A stretch of DNA of 64,000 nucleotides from Moniliella sp. 'wahieum' (GCA_003971905.1 RSEE01000036.1:248001-312000), one strand, 5' to 3'; shown: positions 25,178-39,693, counted from the first letter of the stretch. Notes: a model not told the origin generated them from the sequence alone. Made by a program: numbers and translations.

Positions 25178-27170
25178 ATGTCCCATCTGTTGGCCGTTCT
25201 CCAACGCACCTTCGCACGCCTTGAATACGGCAGCAATGTTCGCCTCTATCCCAGCGACGTGGATAGCTACGCCAGCGCTGATGAGGAGGTCACTCCCCAC
25301 AGCCGCAACCAACGGTATCATGTGGCGAGCGCATTGGACCGGGATGCAAGCCTGCATCGCTTCCTCCTGGGCCGCCCTAATCAGCCAATTCATGTCCACC
25401 ACCATCATATCCACCATGACGCCGGGCAACATCCCTGGAACCCCACCCCTTTGGCAACGGCGAGGAAAGCAATACAGGTCAACATGGATTTGATTCCGAA
25501 TCCGAGGAAGGTTCGCTCTCTGGGTCAGGTGTCACTGAGCGCGTTCCTTCCCCCTCGATGGAGGATGTTTGTCCAGGAGGAGGCACCTCCAGCAATCTAG
25601 CGCTCGAGCTGCATCAGATGGCCATGCGTGCACAAGCCGAGTTGGACGCCCGCTTAGCGTCTGGCCGGGTCCGGATCGGCACATCCATGGACGATGCTAT
25701 TGCCGAAATGGACGAGCCTGGTGATGCCTCTCCCGACTCCCCAGGGGACGATACATCGTCTAGTGGCCCTTGTGTGGTGGCCATCACTTCATCCGATTCC
25801 ACTACACCCCTTGCTTCTCATCCTATCACTGTTCCCCTCCACCCATATAAGGAGGGCAGCAATCTTTCTCGGTTGCTCCAAGCCCATGATTTGCACAGTA
25901 CTCCTCCGAGCGCTTTCCCTAGCCCCTTCTCCCCCTCGACCATGTCCAAGCGCCGTGCCTCGGCCCCCCCAATTCTCATTTCCTCTGCGATCTCGGATAG
26001 CAAGGCGCGCGCCCCTTCGGAGCCCGACGCAATGAGCCGAAGGGAGTCGTATTCCTCCTCTCAGGGATCCAGTGCGGGCCGGCGCATTCGGCTGAAAGAG
26101 CCGGACTGGCAACCGTTTGTCGAGTCCCATGCACGCGCCGGACGCGCGTCCAACTCAATGCGCTCCTCACCAGTACCCGCGAATTGCAATCGCCCCGCCT
26201 CAAGGCAAGGGGCGGACGGCCAGCGCCCTCCCTTCGTGCTTCGCTGGCGGATTCGCTGGGCACAACAGGGTTGCCTTCCCATGCGCGTTCGGACATGCGT
26301 CTGCATGCACTTTCGGCCCATGCGCTGCACGCTGGCGCTCATGCACAGATCCATGCTCGGGCTCACGCGCGTGCGCACTCCAGTGCGATGGACGAGGAAT
26401 CGAAATCCCTTTCCTTTGTTGGGATCCGGAGGGAACAGTCTCGCGCTTCGACAACCTCAAGCACAGACGACATGTGTTTCAGCCCGACCGATTCGGTACT
26501 GTCATCGTCCTCGGTGGTAGACGAACCAGACTATTGGTTTGAACGTTTTTTCCCCGGACGAGCTGCGGCAGGGTCAGAATGGGACTGGCGCCGTCCTACC
26601 CCACACAGTGGCGACGCCGAGAACGACGTGCGGCCCATGAAGCCGCGCGGCGCGCAGGACTCGCCTGCCGGAGCCCCGGCTCCCCCTCACCTCGACGCCA
26701 GACGAGAGCAGTACATTCCTGGACCAGGATGATACTCCGGTATTGGATCAGGTGGCACAGCTACTCCTCGAGTCGTCAGAGGAGGATCCCCTTCCGGCTC
26801 GCCGGTCGGTGTCGCGAATTGTGTCACAAGCTAAAGCAGCGGAGGCGTGGTGGCATCGACGGCCCAAGTGACGGCTGCTCGAAGCCTGTCGTTGGAGGGC
26901 AAGACGAACAGCCGAGTTCATCCGTCCCCGCGGCCTGTGCACCGATACACTGGTGCCCGTCACGCTCGCGTCCTGCCCAATTCTCGACGTCCCGTCTCTC
27001 ATTCTGACGGTCCTTCCCCGACACGTCGCGTTCAGCCTCCTTTTCCCGGATCAAGTCTCAGGATGCTTGGCCGACGATTCATACTTAGTACCTTTGCTCC
27101 CTTGCATCGTTCCCACCGCCTTGGCCGTGACAAAACGTATATTTATCTATACCTCAAGCTCTCTGGTCTT
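25178..27170 (+). CDS. Hypothetical low-complexity Ser/Pro/Arg-rich protein
   Basis: Chain of plus-strand ORFs 25178-25600, 25558-26520, 26184-26732, 26847-27305; His run HVHHHHIHH; end uncertain. Confidence 0.5.
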
Positions 27171-27737
27171 GGGGTTACTGATCGCCTAGTTCCCCCTTGT
27201 TTTTTGCACGTCAATTGTTCTTGTTTAAGATTGTCAACATTCATGTTCCTGGCCTGTGCCGGATCTCATCGCTATACATCTACATCTTTTTCTTCTTACG
27301 GTTAGCTCTGGTGAGTAGTCTGAAAGATGTGAACGAAGAAGGTTGAGCGTGGGCTGTAGAACGCAGAGGGAGCGGTCGTTACTGACAGAATCAAGAAGAA
27401 AGGCACCAAGGCGACGGATCGCAAACCGCCGGGAATGAGGCTCTGGCGCTGCCGCAAGTCTCTCGGCGCCATATTAAAGTGGCAGGGGACGTGTGGTAAT
27501 TAAAGGGGAAAGGGCGTCTCTGCTGAGTGGCCATGGGGCGTCTGAGATGCAGGAAACCCTCTCGAACCGAATCTACGCCTCTCTGTTAGTTTCTATATAA
27601 GCCCAATCCTTGAGCTGCTCTGGTCAACAGAACGATGCATGTACGAAAAGATGGCGGCACGTAAACATCGTAGCCACACGAACGAAGACAAGTGGTACAA
27701 AATCGTGAGAGCAAGGTGCACATGTAGGCCAGGTAGC

Positions 27738-29039
27738 TTACCTACGCATTCTGTGAGGCAGCCGGCTCTGGCGCCAGTGGAGCTCGAGCCGCCGCATCTG
27801 TACCGCTCGTCTTGCTCGGGGAAGCAGAGACATCGTTCCTCGTGTTCTCCACAGAACTAGGGGAGGGCGCAGGCTGAAGAGTGGACTTGCGGAGGGTCTC
27901 ACGCCCCATGACTGAGCATACGTGGAGGGCCGTGCACGCATCCAGCGCATCCGTGGCCCTGACCGTGCCAACTCAGAGACGCGGAAGCCATAGATCCGCG
28001 GCTGATACACCCGCCACGTGGGCACACCCGTCGACAAGAGACTAGGTGGCAAATCTAGATCCTCATAACGCCCATCGGGGAATCCCCCGAGCTCCCCCAA
28101 GGCCGACTCGTCCACCCCGGCTTCCTCCTCCGCGTCGCTTCCCCCGGGAGCGGATCAGGGTCTGAGTCGGATGGAACGCCCTCGTTCCCAAATTCATCCT
28201 CCTCCGAGCTTCGCCTCCTTCGCCGCCCCCGCAGACTGAGAGAGGCGATGGGACTGGAAGCGAGGTCCTTGCAGGCTTGTAGGATCAAGTGGGGAAAAGT
28301 GGTGCCAAAGTAAAATCCTGTATCCAGGGGCTGAGTTAGATTACTCCCACCAAGAAAGAGGGAGGATAGCGTACCATCAATCCCATGGAAACGAGACGAA
28401 GAGGGGTATAGAGGTCCATGCAGTTGGGGCAGAAGAGTTTAACAGTGTCGATTCCTGGGGTGTCGGACCGGCCCCGACGGGAGAATAGGTTGGTCATCGC
28501 AGTAGACGCGTGGGCAGCAGCCAAATACACCGTCTTCCAACTTGGTCACCATTTGCTGCATTCCTGGCGCAGTCAAGATATATCTCTGATGGATCATGCC
28601 GTACAGCAACTCGGCCGATGACTCAACAATGGAAATGTCGGGGATTTGAGGAGAATCTTCTTCTGCAGGACGATGGGTTAGTACTAGTGCGTGCTGCAAA
28701 ATCCCAGGCGAAATGAGGCACGGACCTGGCTCAATGTCGAGAATCATCTCCATCGCCTCGCGGTAGTAGGGCACAACAGCGTTGAGCCCAGTCATGTTGA
28801 AGTCATCCTCGATAAACTCCTCTGCGACCTCGGCGAGAAACTCGTGACCAGCCAGGGAGCAGAACCATGAGATCCAGGTGAGAGACTCGGTGCCCGACTC
28901 GGTAAGGGAGTACTCGTCTGCGGGCACGCAAGTTACAACGTTAGTTTCCTGTGAATTCAAGGAAGAGACACATACCTTCCAGCTCCTCCTCTTCGAGCCC
29001 TTGGCTGTCCGAGTCGTGCGACGTGCTCTCGGGGAGCAT
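27738..29039 (-). CDS. CKB1: Casein kinase II regulatory (beta) subunit, Ckb1-type
   Basis: TWISWFCSLAGHEFLAEVAEEFIEDDFNMTGL, AELLYGMIHQRYILT, FGCCPRVYC, VKLFCPNCMDLY, YFGTTFPHL, VYQPRIYGFRVSELARSGPRMRWMR; three introns; 3' end approximate. Confidence 0.95.
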
Positions 29040-29877
29040 CGCTGGGCTTGGAAGGGCAGCAGCAGATTCAGTCGGGGGGTGGGGGGGCATGGTGCGCAGG
29101 CCGGTGTGGGTGCGGGGTGGGTGGACAGCAAGGCACACGCGGACGCTGGGGGTGGTGGAGAGCAACGCCAAGGCGACTGGCTCGTCGCCACTCGGCGCCG
29201 CTCTGCACAGCGCCAGTGTTCCGCCCTGTCTCTTTTGCGCCCTGCTATTCCGCCCGCGCCGAGCACGTGCACTTGACGAAGCAAGGCACGGGAGGTGCGT
29301 CCACCAGCAAGCCTGCCGCCAGGCGAGCCCACTCCGCCTGCAGGTGGCGATGCCCGCGTGCCGTCCCCTCCAGGCGAAGGGAAGGCGAGCTCGCGGCTGC
29401 CACCCCCCACCGGTTTGCTTTACTGCCGCCGCCAAGCGGCTCGGCCGTCGCGAAAGAGTCAGCGTGCCGCGCCCCGCGGTTTGGGGGTCCCGTAGAAGTC
29501 ATTCATTGATGCTGCGATCTCGGGGTCACCGGCTCACACTCACGCGCTCACGCCTCACGCCTCACGACGATCGAATTGCATCTTTCGCCAAAGGGCGTCT
29601 TGGGCGATCACGGACACGCCCCATGTGGCCGCGTTGCTCGTTATGTAAGACTTGCGCTCCACTGGGAGGCATGTTCATACGTTCATAGCTCGCTGCTCGC
29701 TCGCCACCATTGCTCCGCCGCTTTCCCTCAGGCCTCAGGAAAGCCTCAGCAGCAGCCGCTCACCCTCCTCAGCCATCGCCAATCCGTTGTCATCCTCCCC
29801 AGAAGCCAACCGCCTCCGCCTCATCTCGCTTGCCTGTCTCCGTACGCCGACGGGCCTCCGCCGACCACCGTTCCGCT

Positions 29878-31205
29878 ATGGGTCTCTTTAAGCGCAAGTC
29901 CGTGGACGATGCTCAATCCCAGGCCGAGGAGCCGCAGCAGAAGAAGAGCTTCCTCGATAAGCCACCACTGGGTGTGTATCCGCCCCTTCCCACTTCCCCT
30001 CCCCCCTCGCAAGTTCTTCCGCTCACTATGCTCCAGACTCGCCCCTCCGCCAGCAACGCCTGCCCGGATGGAACCCCATCTTTACCCGCAAGCTCGCAAT
30101 CTGCATCTTCTTTTTGGTGGCTGTCTTTTTTGCGCCAATTGGAGCCGTGCTCTACGTCGACAGCCAGACGGTGAACGAGTTGACTTTTGACTATACCACA
30201 TGTTTCCAGCAGGGCTCTACGCCATCACCCATGCCGAAATACGAGTATCAGATTGATGCACGTAAGGCACCCAACACGTCCGAGGCCTGGCCGAAGCCTC
30301 AATGGTCGTGGATCGACAGCAACACAGCCCCCAACGGCAAGGTGTGCCAGGTTGACTTTTATGTCCCTATGGATCTGAAGAAGTCGGTTTTTGTACTACA
30401 AGTTGACGAATTACTACCAAGCTCACCGTCGCTACTCCGTTCCTTCGACTACGAACAGCTTCTGGGTCACCGCCGCCCTCCATGACCTAAGCGACAGACA
30501 TGCAAGCCGGTGCATAACTTCTATCGCACCTACCCCAACGGAAGCACGATCCAAGTTCCCATTTACCCGTGCGGGTTGATCCCAAACAGTGTCTTCAATG
30601 GTATGCTATTTCCACGCACGAGGCACTAGCTAACGCTCAACAGACACATTTTACCAGATCCAGCGTACTCAGGAGACGGGAGTAATGGGTGTCACGCCCT
30701 ACCCAATGCAGGAAAAGGGGTTGGTTTGGCAGGGGAGATGAAAAAGTACATTCGGTCAAAGTACAATTTAACGACGTCGTCCCTCCCCCAATTGGCAGAA
30801 CGCGACGGGGAGGTTCGGGATTCCTACTGGCTTTTATACCGCCGACAACTTCTTCAACCCCGAGGGAAACGAACACTTTGCCGTTTGGATGCGAACCGCA
30901 GGTTTGCCTGTGATCCGCAAATTGTATATGCGCAATGACGATACTGATCTGGTTGCGGGACACTACAGCATCCAGATTGAGGACAACTACCCCGTTGCTC
31001 GTTTCAAGGGGACCAAGAGCTTTGTCATCTCTACCGCCAATTGGACAGGTGGACGGAACCCTTTCCTTGGGATCACCATGTTTCCGTCGATGCCTTCTGT
31101 TTCGGCATTGGTATTCTCATCTCCGTCCTCCAGCTTGTCCGACCGAGACGTCTGGGAGACACAAAGCACTTGTCTTGGAACAAGCCACAAGCTTTTCAGC
31201 AATAA
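29878..31205 (+). CDS. CDC50/LEM3 family P4-ATPase (flippase) beta subunit
   Basis: QQRLPGWNPI, FAPIGAVL..ELTFDYTTC, YYKLTNYYQAHRRY, IYPCGLIPNSVFN, NEHFAVWMRTAGLP..RKLY, GGRNPFLGI, RPRRLGDTKHLSWN. Confidence 0.93.
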
Positions 31206-31494
31206 TTAATCGCACAGCTCCACTTCTTTCACCGATTCCCGCGAGGCGTTTGCCTCTTCTCCTCTTTTTTCGAAGGGGCCCACTGTACCGCCCACGTATC
31301 CCCCGCAGTTGCACATGTTTTCGCCGAATAATGGTTTATGTTCTATACCAATACTTGTGCAAGTATGCATCGATCAACCGTACTAACACTGAAACCATGT
31401 ATCCAGTAGAGTCATACGGCGAAGAGTTGAAAATGGTAGAGCAGAAGTCGAAAGGGAGTCCATCAGAAACATGAGACAATCAGAGGTCATAGTC

Positions 31495-33296
31495 TCAAGG
31501 TAACTTGAAGAGCTCGGTCAGGTTGGGTAGACCCAATCCCGAAGCCACATCCCAGCCCTTGGTGGCAGGGAGGTAGTACTTGGGGTTATCGTCGCATCCA
31601 CCCCCCAACCCGAAGTGACGTCCCGTCCAGGCCCACGAGTTTTCGTAGAATGTCGGGTTGGCAAAGCCGAGTTGTCTTTGGCCCAAGGAAGCACGGTAAT
31701 TGTTCACCAGAGCCAGAATCGCGCGCCGACAATCGGAGCTGACGCGCAAAGGATAGTACCACCTGCTGGAGTCTGTGTTCCGTAATGATCGTGACAAATT
31801 TCCATCCATGGGACCAAAGGGCGGGGCAAAGTCAGCATAAGTATTATAAGGGTCTACTGGGGTGGTAAAACACGTACTTGGCGCTGACGTCGGGGAAGGA
31901 ACGACTTTGGGTTAAACAAGCCATAATTTGGAAAGGGAATGCTCGAATTGTACGAAACGCACAGCGCTGCCTGGTATTGGGGAACGTCAAGAATTTACTA
32001 TACCACTGGAGCTGAAGAAGCGAGAAGAGCCGTCGGGGTTGCTGGCCACCTTTGGGGGATTGAATCCAACCGTGGCACCGACGGAAAGAACATATGGGCA
32101 ACCACTGGGTAAGAGACCCCGAATCCATCGGAATGGCAGGATTGACCTTCATCGTGACCGCCTTCTAGACCACCGTCACCGGAGGCAAATACAAGCGTCA
32201 CACCTTGTGCTGTGAGCTTTTGGCAGCAGTGCAGAAGGCCTGGGCATCTCCCGGGAGACATCGTCCTCCGACACACCGTAGCTGACAGAGATCACGCCGG
32301 GGAGAGGGGAGTAACTATCGCCGATGGTGTTCAGACTTTGTCATGTCGGTAGAGAAGTCCTGGTTGTCACTATTGGCACGATAATAACCGATCTGAGCGG
32401 GGCGCCAGCACAGCCGATTGCACATCCAGGTTGCTTTCCTGGTCTGGGTTCGACGGATTGTTGCTCCCGTCACCAGGTCCCGTCTTGATGGTTAAAGTCT
32501 CCCCTTCCATAGATGGACGGAACTCGGAAATGAACTTGTGAAAGTCCGATGGGCTCACACTTGCGTACGTAGAATAGGCCATCAGTACAATGTTCTCCCC
32601 TCCCCAGGAGCTGTTGGCAGGAATGTATGAATCGGCTCCATATTGTTGCATCAGACATTTTAGCGTCACGTATTGGCTATCGCACCTTGCCCGCTCCGCC
32701 AACGCAGGGGTACCGCCGCGTACCAGCATGTTATCCTTCTTAGCTGATAAAGTGCGGAGTGTGGGAAGGCGTGGAAGGTCAAACGAAGTAAAGGGATGGA
32801 CGGCTACCACAAAGTCCTCAAGGTCTTCCGGAAGGGTGTACGAGGTCGTACGCAGAGCAACCCCCTGGTTGTACATCACATAGTGCTTGAGCGTTGTTCC
32901 CCAAGCCTTGTTGGCCTGAGCAACGGTGCTGCGAACCTCAATCCGGTCGCCGAACTTGCTGGAGGTGATTCCGTCCTCCGGCACACCAACTGAGGCAAGA
33001 TGGGCTTTGATGGCGGCAATATGCTGCGGCTTAGGGGAAATGTAGGCACCCAGCTCTTCCTCCGACAACCACTTACCACCAGTGACGGAGATGGCGTGCA
33101 ATCTGGCGTCAAGCTCATGCTCACGCTCGCCCTTGACAGTGATGGTGTAAAAGATAGGCTTGGTGCCAGGAGCATCGGCCAACTCCCTGTACGATTTGGG
33201 CACACGTTCGATGGAGTGGGTGGTGGCGGCGCTGGCAAAGCCAGTGAAGGCTAGTGCGGCGTACACGAAGTTGGCTAATAAGGACTTAGAGAGCAT
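31495..33296 (-). CDS. Secreted S53 sedolisin/tripeptidyl-peptidase-like protease with pro-domain
   Basis: Signal peptide; pro-domain LRTTSYTLPEDL; ESNLDVQ, SVSYG, FASGDGG, RSFPDVSA, LGFANPTFY, GWDVASGLGLPN. Confidence 0.9.
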
Positions 33297-36123
33297 AGTG
33301 CTGGAGGTGGCGGTGGCGCGATAGCAAGGGGTGTAGGATTCTGAAGAAAGAAGAGAGAGAGATGATCGATGATGGCCGACTTTGGCAACTACATATATAT
33401 AAGAGAGACAACAGGGTTAATAAGCTCTCGGCCCTTCCGAGGATGCAACAAGCTTTTGCCAACAGTGTATACTAAGCGTTTTGCCTAACATGTTACATGT
33501 CTATTTGTGCTATGTCGTGGTGGTGTTAGAATCCCGACTTACGGTGACTAGCCTACTGGCGCTGTGGGATTTTTGGCTTCTGGCCCCGCACAGATACCCT
33601 GGACAAGAATCATTAATCAACGAGTGGCAGCAGATCCTCATCGCCTCATCTGCGATGATCGATGAGGAGGCTTTTATTGGAAAAACGCGAAGAGGACTGT
33701 GAGAAAGACTGGTGGCCACTGCCAGAGTGGCCCACGAAACACTATATATAGAAGACTATACATCAGATGAGATGTAGATGAGATGATATAGGAGGCAGCG
33801 ATTCTCTTGTAGGCTGTGTTCTTCGCTCTTGAGAGCTTGAGCATGGATCGCTCCTCCGATGGAAGCAGTGCATGCAAGCAGTGTACCAACGGCTATTCAT
33901 ATTAGCTGCGACCTACTATATAACGCCCAACGCCCCAACAATAGCACCCGGACAAGAGCGAAGACTCGAACGTTACGATAAAAAAAGAATCGCGGCGAGA
34001 AGGCAACGACACACGTGTGTACAGACCCCTATATTAGCCCTAATACTTTCGATATAGTATCTCTATTGCCACAGAGTATAGGTCGTGAAGCTGATGAACC
34101 TCGCAAAGCGGGTCCGTTATTCCCCTCGGATACCGTTTCAGGAGGTGCAGGAGGTGTTGCATCATGCATCACTCATCATTCGCTTTACTCTGAGAGCCTC
34201 TTGACAATCTGCCTCTTCGCCACTGTCATGGGGCGGAGTCCCGAGGTGAGACCCCCACCCCAGTAGTTTTTTAGGGATATAAACTCTTGGACAGGCCAAT
34301 CGGAGTCTCGTACGTTAGGTCCTACTGCTTCAGATCCTGGTTGAACCGAGCGGGTGTAGAGGTGAGGGAGAGACCCTCTTTTGGGTGACTGCCTGCGTGC
34401 AAAGGCCGCAGCTCAGACCCTCCGAAATAGGAGCCGTGTACGTAAGTCGTTAGACCAGTTCAACCGGTCCAGGAGCTCCGAAGTTACTCTGTTCCCCGCA
34501 GCGTTGCCAAACTCGGCGCGCTGTAGTATAGGTGGAAACAGACGGCGTCCTTATGAAGAGCAAGCGCTACTGATAGTATAACCGCGACTTGTAGAGTACT
34601 CGATGAAGTCGTAAATTCGTAAGTGGTTGGTGTAGAAGGTTGGAAAGGCGAGAGATAGGAACGGGAAGTGGGGAGACCAAAGACAGAGAGGATGGTCTGA
34701 TCGACAAGGACCACAGTTAGCAAGCCCTGGACATGGCTGGTATATACAGAAGGAACCAGGCCTCAAGGGCCTCAAGTGCCTCATGACAGGTATAAACAGA
34801 ATGCGGAGCACTTTCCAGAGAGGTAAAAAAGACTAATACACAGCCCATGCTCTCAAAGGCGCTGACGCTGCGTAGTCGGGCGCAGCGGGAAGGGTTCTGA
34901 TGAGACTTGGAGTCCTGAGAGGCCTGATGGTCCTCGAGGGTGATGCAATCGCACTGGTGGTGGTGGTGGTCTAAGCCAACCAGCAACGCCTACAGAGGAA
35001 CAACAAGCAGCGAGTCGCCACCAGGGGCTAAGCTGCAGAACAAGGAAAAACAAGAGAGAGAAAACACGGAACTCCCGGGCTGAGGAGGAACTGAAGGGAC
35101 ATTGGCCAAAGCACGAGCCACACGATGGCTCAACAGGTTCTGCCAAGACTTGGTGCAATGGGCGCAAAGCATCGTACCAATGAACCCACGCGACCTTGGT
35201 GGGCTGGGGATGATATCCGCAGCATGGACAAGATGTCGACTGGCTCTCTCTCGTACATAGCCTAACAGGACTGACGGTGTTTGGATGAGATGTCTACGAC
35301 ATGCGCGGCTCAGCGTCCGGAGATAACCGGAGCGCCCCGTAACATCCACATTGGGCTTAGGTACTACTGTCGCTTGCGCTCTAGACTTTCTCTACCATCC
35401 GGGACTCATCCATCGCAGACGATAGTGGGGGGGTGGACAATGAAAGAAGGACCGAGAGTACGCCAATTGGGACACGGAACTTGCACCATGATGGCTTGAC
35501 GTAACCGGCACGGAATCCTCCCCGTTGTCAGCAACTGGTTCAGCAGTCAGTGGGGCGCCTTACATCCAGACAAGTGTGGGTCCTGGGTACCCGGCGCTCA
35601 CCGTCGTGGGCGGAGGGAACCGACGCAGGTGGGCGTTACTACTATATGGCTAGCGAGTCGGCGAGTGGTAGTAGTAGGGTTAAAAGCGTTCTAGCATCGC
35701 AGACAAGCAGAAACATGCTGACGTAACCAGACAGCAAGCCATAGTGGGCCATCGGGTCGTGGAGACTGGCAGCGAATGACGAAGGGCTCAGAATGAGCGC
35801 AGAGCCTCAGCTCCTGCCCTCGCCTTCGTCTTATTCCATTCGACTCGATGATGGTACCAACGCTTGCTGTTTACGCGGGGCCGTTTCAGAGGATGCGCTG
35901 CACACGAGAGCACGGTCAGATCCCAGACCAGGCCTCATCCACAGTTGCTCTAGCTACTTTGCAGATTTGGATTTGCGCTAGTAAAATAGTTGCAGCCGCG
36001 AACGCTGGTTTGGTAATAATGCGCGTAATTACGTGGACACTGATCCGCTGCGCTGTGGCGCAGCGGAATGTCGTGTGGGGCTTCCTGTTAGACTACCCAT
36101 CGCCCACCAACCACCATTCCAGG

Positions 36124-36865
36124 ATGCGCCTGCTCCTCTCTGTTCTGGGCTTCTTCAGCCTCCTGATTGTCCTGCTTTCCTCCCCGCTAGGGGAGCTGCA
36201 TTGACCACCAAAATTGACTCACACGAGAAGTCGTGTTACTACGCCTGGGTCGACCAGGTGGGGGAGAAGGTGGGCTTTTACTATGCTGTCCAATCTGGAG
36301 GGGATTTCCGGGTGGCCTATTCAATCCACGACCCCAACGACGAGTCCATTCTTGAGGAGCCGTCGGCACGCCAGCTGGACGTGATCTTTACGGGCAACAC
36401 GGTGGGCGAATACGTCTTTTGCTTCTACAATGGCCCTGATGACAAGATGGTACGTTCCTTTCTCTCTCTACTTATGGGGCGAACCCTGACGTGGCCTGCA
36501 GATCGACTTTGACATTACGGTCGAGTCCGAACCTCGTCTCGAGCTGCCCATTTCGGGGGGCACGTTGTTTCGGACCACACGGCTCCTTTGGAAGAGAGCC
36601 TGTCTTCACTCTGGGGCGAAATGACCGCAATTGAGAGGACCCAACGCTTCTTCCGGACGAGGGAAAAGAGGAATTTCGATACAGTCAAGAACACCCAGTA
36701 TGTTCTCACATTCCTTCTGCTTGCCCAGCAACTGACTCGTGTAGGTCCCGTATCTTCTGGTATTCACTTCTCGAGTCGGTCGTTATTATCAGCATGTCGT
36801 TGGCCCAGGTGGGGGTGGTCCGCTTCCTCTTCAACCGCAACGACACCAAGCGCTTCCGCGTATAA
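36124..36865 (+). CDS. p24/EMP24/GOLD family ER-Golgi cargo receptor
   Basis: Signal peptide; HEKSCYYAWVDQVGEKVGFYYAVQSGGDF, FTGNTVGEYVFCFYN, QRFFRTREKRNFDTVKNTQ, TM helix; two short introns. Confidence 0.92.
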
Positions 36866-37028
36866 ACTCTGCCTTCGACCATCTCCCTGCTACTCTGGTT
36901 TGATGGTAGTCAAAACCCGATACGAATCATTACTCTCATTTGGTCTAGAGAGGTGGATACATTGGTACGCCGGACAGGCCCAAGCTAACCAAATGAGTGA
37001 AGAAGTAGAAAACACCGAAACAGATGTG

Positions 37029-37447
37029 TTACTCGCCAAACAGCTGCAAGAGTGATATGTTAGATGAGAGCTCCAGAATCGCGAGGGAGATACACATTTT
37101 GCACGCGGCGTAGGACGGAATCCTTAGAGGGGTCGTAGGGATGGTCCTTGGACGGAATCTCCAGGAGAGCAGGGAAGGCTTGGGTGTACTTGTCGACCAG
37201 GGACGAATACGTTCAGCAATGTGCTGATTGATCAACACAATCGCAATGTCGTTTCTCTCCTCGGTATACTCGTGGAAGGCGGCTTCAATATCGGCCGTCG
37301 CGGTGCGGGGCTCGACAATGAAAAAGTTCTTGCTGCCGTCATCGTCAATGTTTCCTACGCCGCAAGGAGGAGGCCAGTGGTGCTGTCCTCATCCGTAATA
37401 AGGGCGAGGAGGGTACGATCGGCAGCGCCGGAGGGGGCGTGCGACAT
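37029..37447 (-). CDS. VMA7: V-ATPase V1 subunit F
   Basis: [20 protein letters not shown].., [49 protein letters not shown]. Confidence 0.94.
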
Positions 37448-37752
37448 GGTGCTCCTGGGCCCCACCGTCGCTGGTTGGAGGACGAGGGGTTGGGAGAGGG
37501 TGGCCGATATCACACCGAGTTCGACAGGTGGGCCCAGGCGCAGCGAACGCAATTCCGCATTCCGCCCGTTGGTTGGTTAAGTGCAAAGCAAGGCATTAAT
37601 CAATAGACAATCGAACAATCGAAATAGTCCCTGTAGTTCCGCCCCCTCGACACCTACAAGCCAACCCAGGACTAATACAGACCAAGCCACGGCCACCAAC
37701 CACTAACCGTCGGCCCGCCCCATCGTTCCGTGCTTTTGCACGCGTCCCGACC

Positions 37753-39504
37753 ATGTCCGACACACTTCTGCCATCCAACCCGCAGCCGACAGCACACACG
37801 TCGACCATATTTGAGCCGCCGACGTACATGTCTTCGGGGCTGCTCCAGCCACTCCCCGCCAGCGGTGCGACGAAGAGGGCGCGCGATCCACGTGTCTGCT
37901 ACTTTTTCGACACGGACATCGGCAACTTTCACTACGGAACGGGTCACCACATGAAGCCCACGCGCATCCGCATGGCCCATTCGCTTGTGATGAATTATGG
38001 GCTGTACAAACATATGGAAATCTTCGTATGTTTTCCTTCCCCCGCGCGTGCGTAATCCCGGGGTACTAAGACGGATCCGCTAGCGAGCTAAACCCGCGAC
38101 CAAGCGCGAAATGTCCCAATTTCACACTGATGAATATGTCGAATTTCTACACCGTGTCACGCCTAGCCTGGTGAGCAACTATGGGAAGGAGGTCAACAAG
38201 TACAACATTGGCGATGACTGCCCCCTTTTCGACGGCCTATTTGACTATTGCTCCATCTCGGCCGGTGGGTCGATGGAGGGCGCCGCTCGGCTGTCGCGAG
38301 ACAAGTGCGACATTGCCGTCAACTGGGCCGGCGGACTCCACCATGCAAAGAAGTGCGAAGCGAGTGGGTTCTGTTACGTGAACGACATTGTGCTCGGAAT
38401 CCTCGAGCTGCTTCGGTACCACCAACGCGTGTGTACATTGACATTGATGTGCACCATGGCGACGGGGTGGAGGAAGCATTTCTTACTACCGATCGGGTGA
38501 TGACGTGTTCTTTCCACAAATACGGGGAGTTCTTCCCAGGTACGGGTGACATTTCGGATGTGGGCATAGGCAAGGGAAAATATTATGCTGTCAACTTTCC
38601 CCTCCGGGACGGCATTACGGACGCCAACTACCAAACGGTGTTTGAGCCGACCATTACCCGGATTATGGAGACGTATGCTCCCGGGGCGGTGGTTCTGCAA
38701 TGCGGTTCCGACTCGTTGGCCGGAGATCGAATCGGGCCGTTCAACCTCTCGATGCACGGACACGCGAACTGCGTCAAGTTTGTCAAGTCATTTGGCCTAC
38801 CCACCCTCATGGTTGGAGGCGGGGGGTACACCATCCGAAACGTCTCCCGTACCTGGGCATACGAGACGGGGATCGCAGCCGGGCAAGAGATGTCGCCCCA
38901 AATCCCGGTGAGCGAATATTACGAGAGTACTTTGGTCCGGACTATCAGCTCAACGTATTGGCGAACAACATGCCCAATCAGAATACGCCGGCCTCGTTGC
39001 AACGGACGAAGGAAATTGTCTTTCGCCACTTGAGCGAGCTGCCGCCCGTGCCTAGTGTCCAAATGCACCATCCTCCCGAACGATTTCAACTTAATGATGA
39101 AGGCGAAGAGATCAGCCTGGATGAGCGGGACCAAATTGATCGTGAAATGGCTGAGGACCGGGCTGCAGCTCATGGCCGCAGAGTAGCACGACGCCCACTC
39201 ATGCGGGACGGAAACGAGGGCACCCATCCTCTCGACGAATCGGACGATGAAGACGATCTCCGTGGGGATCCGGGCCGGCGCAATCGCACCGACCCTGCTG
39301 CGGACTCGGAGCCATCGCAGCACTCCCCCTTAAATGGTGTACCTGCAAGCCAGGTGCTCTCGATACCAGCGCAAGCCACCGACCCCGCGATCGCACCTAC
39401 CCCTCAGGCCAACGGTACGACCGGGGACAAGGAGAGCCCAAGCCCAAATCCTGGAGCCCCCAACGGGACTGGACGACGGGGATGTGGAAATGGCGGAAGC
39501 TTGA
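37753..39504 (+). CDS. Class I histone deacetylase (Rpd3/Clr6 family)
   Basis: [117 protein letters not shown]; intron about 38026-38083. Confidence 0.96.
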
Positions 39505-39693
39505 TCTTGGCTTGAACAAAGTCTGCATGTATGCCTTGTGGTCTTTATACGCCACCCTCAAAGGGATCGCTATCTGCTGCTCTATGTGTCCCAGTCGCTA
39601 CATGACATGGTGGTGTGTACATACAGAGTCTAGACTAGAAGAGTGGCCAGGCCGATCGGTCGATTGAAAGAACCTGGGGCCAGATGTGAATAC

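Noticed and set aside
31735..31765. Apparent loss of the sedolisin catalytic GTS serine (reads GGTILCASAP)
   Set aside because: The surrounding sequence is visibly corrupted (the splice acceptor is missing); removing one base gives GGTSFA
34300..35350. Possible minus-strand gene with a CxxC..H motif; similar weak ORFs at 13640-14160, 18600-19400 and 19550-20400
   Set aside because: No coherent gene model or recognisable domain could be built
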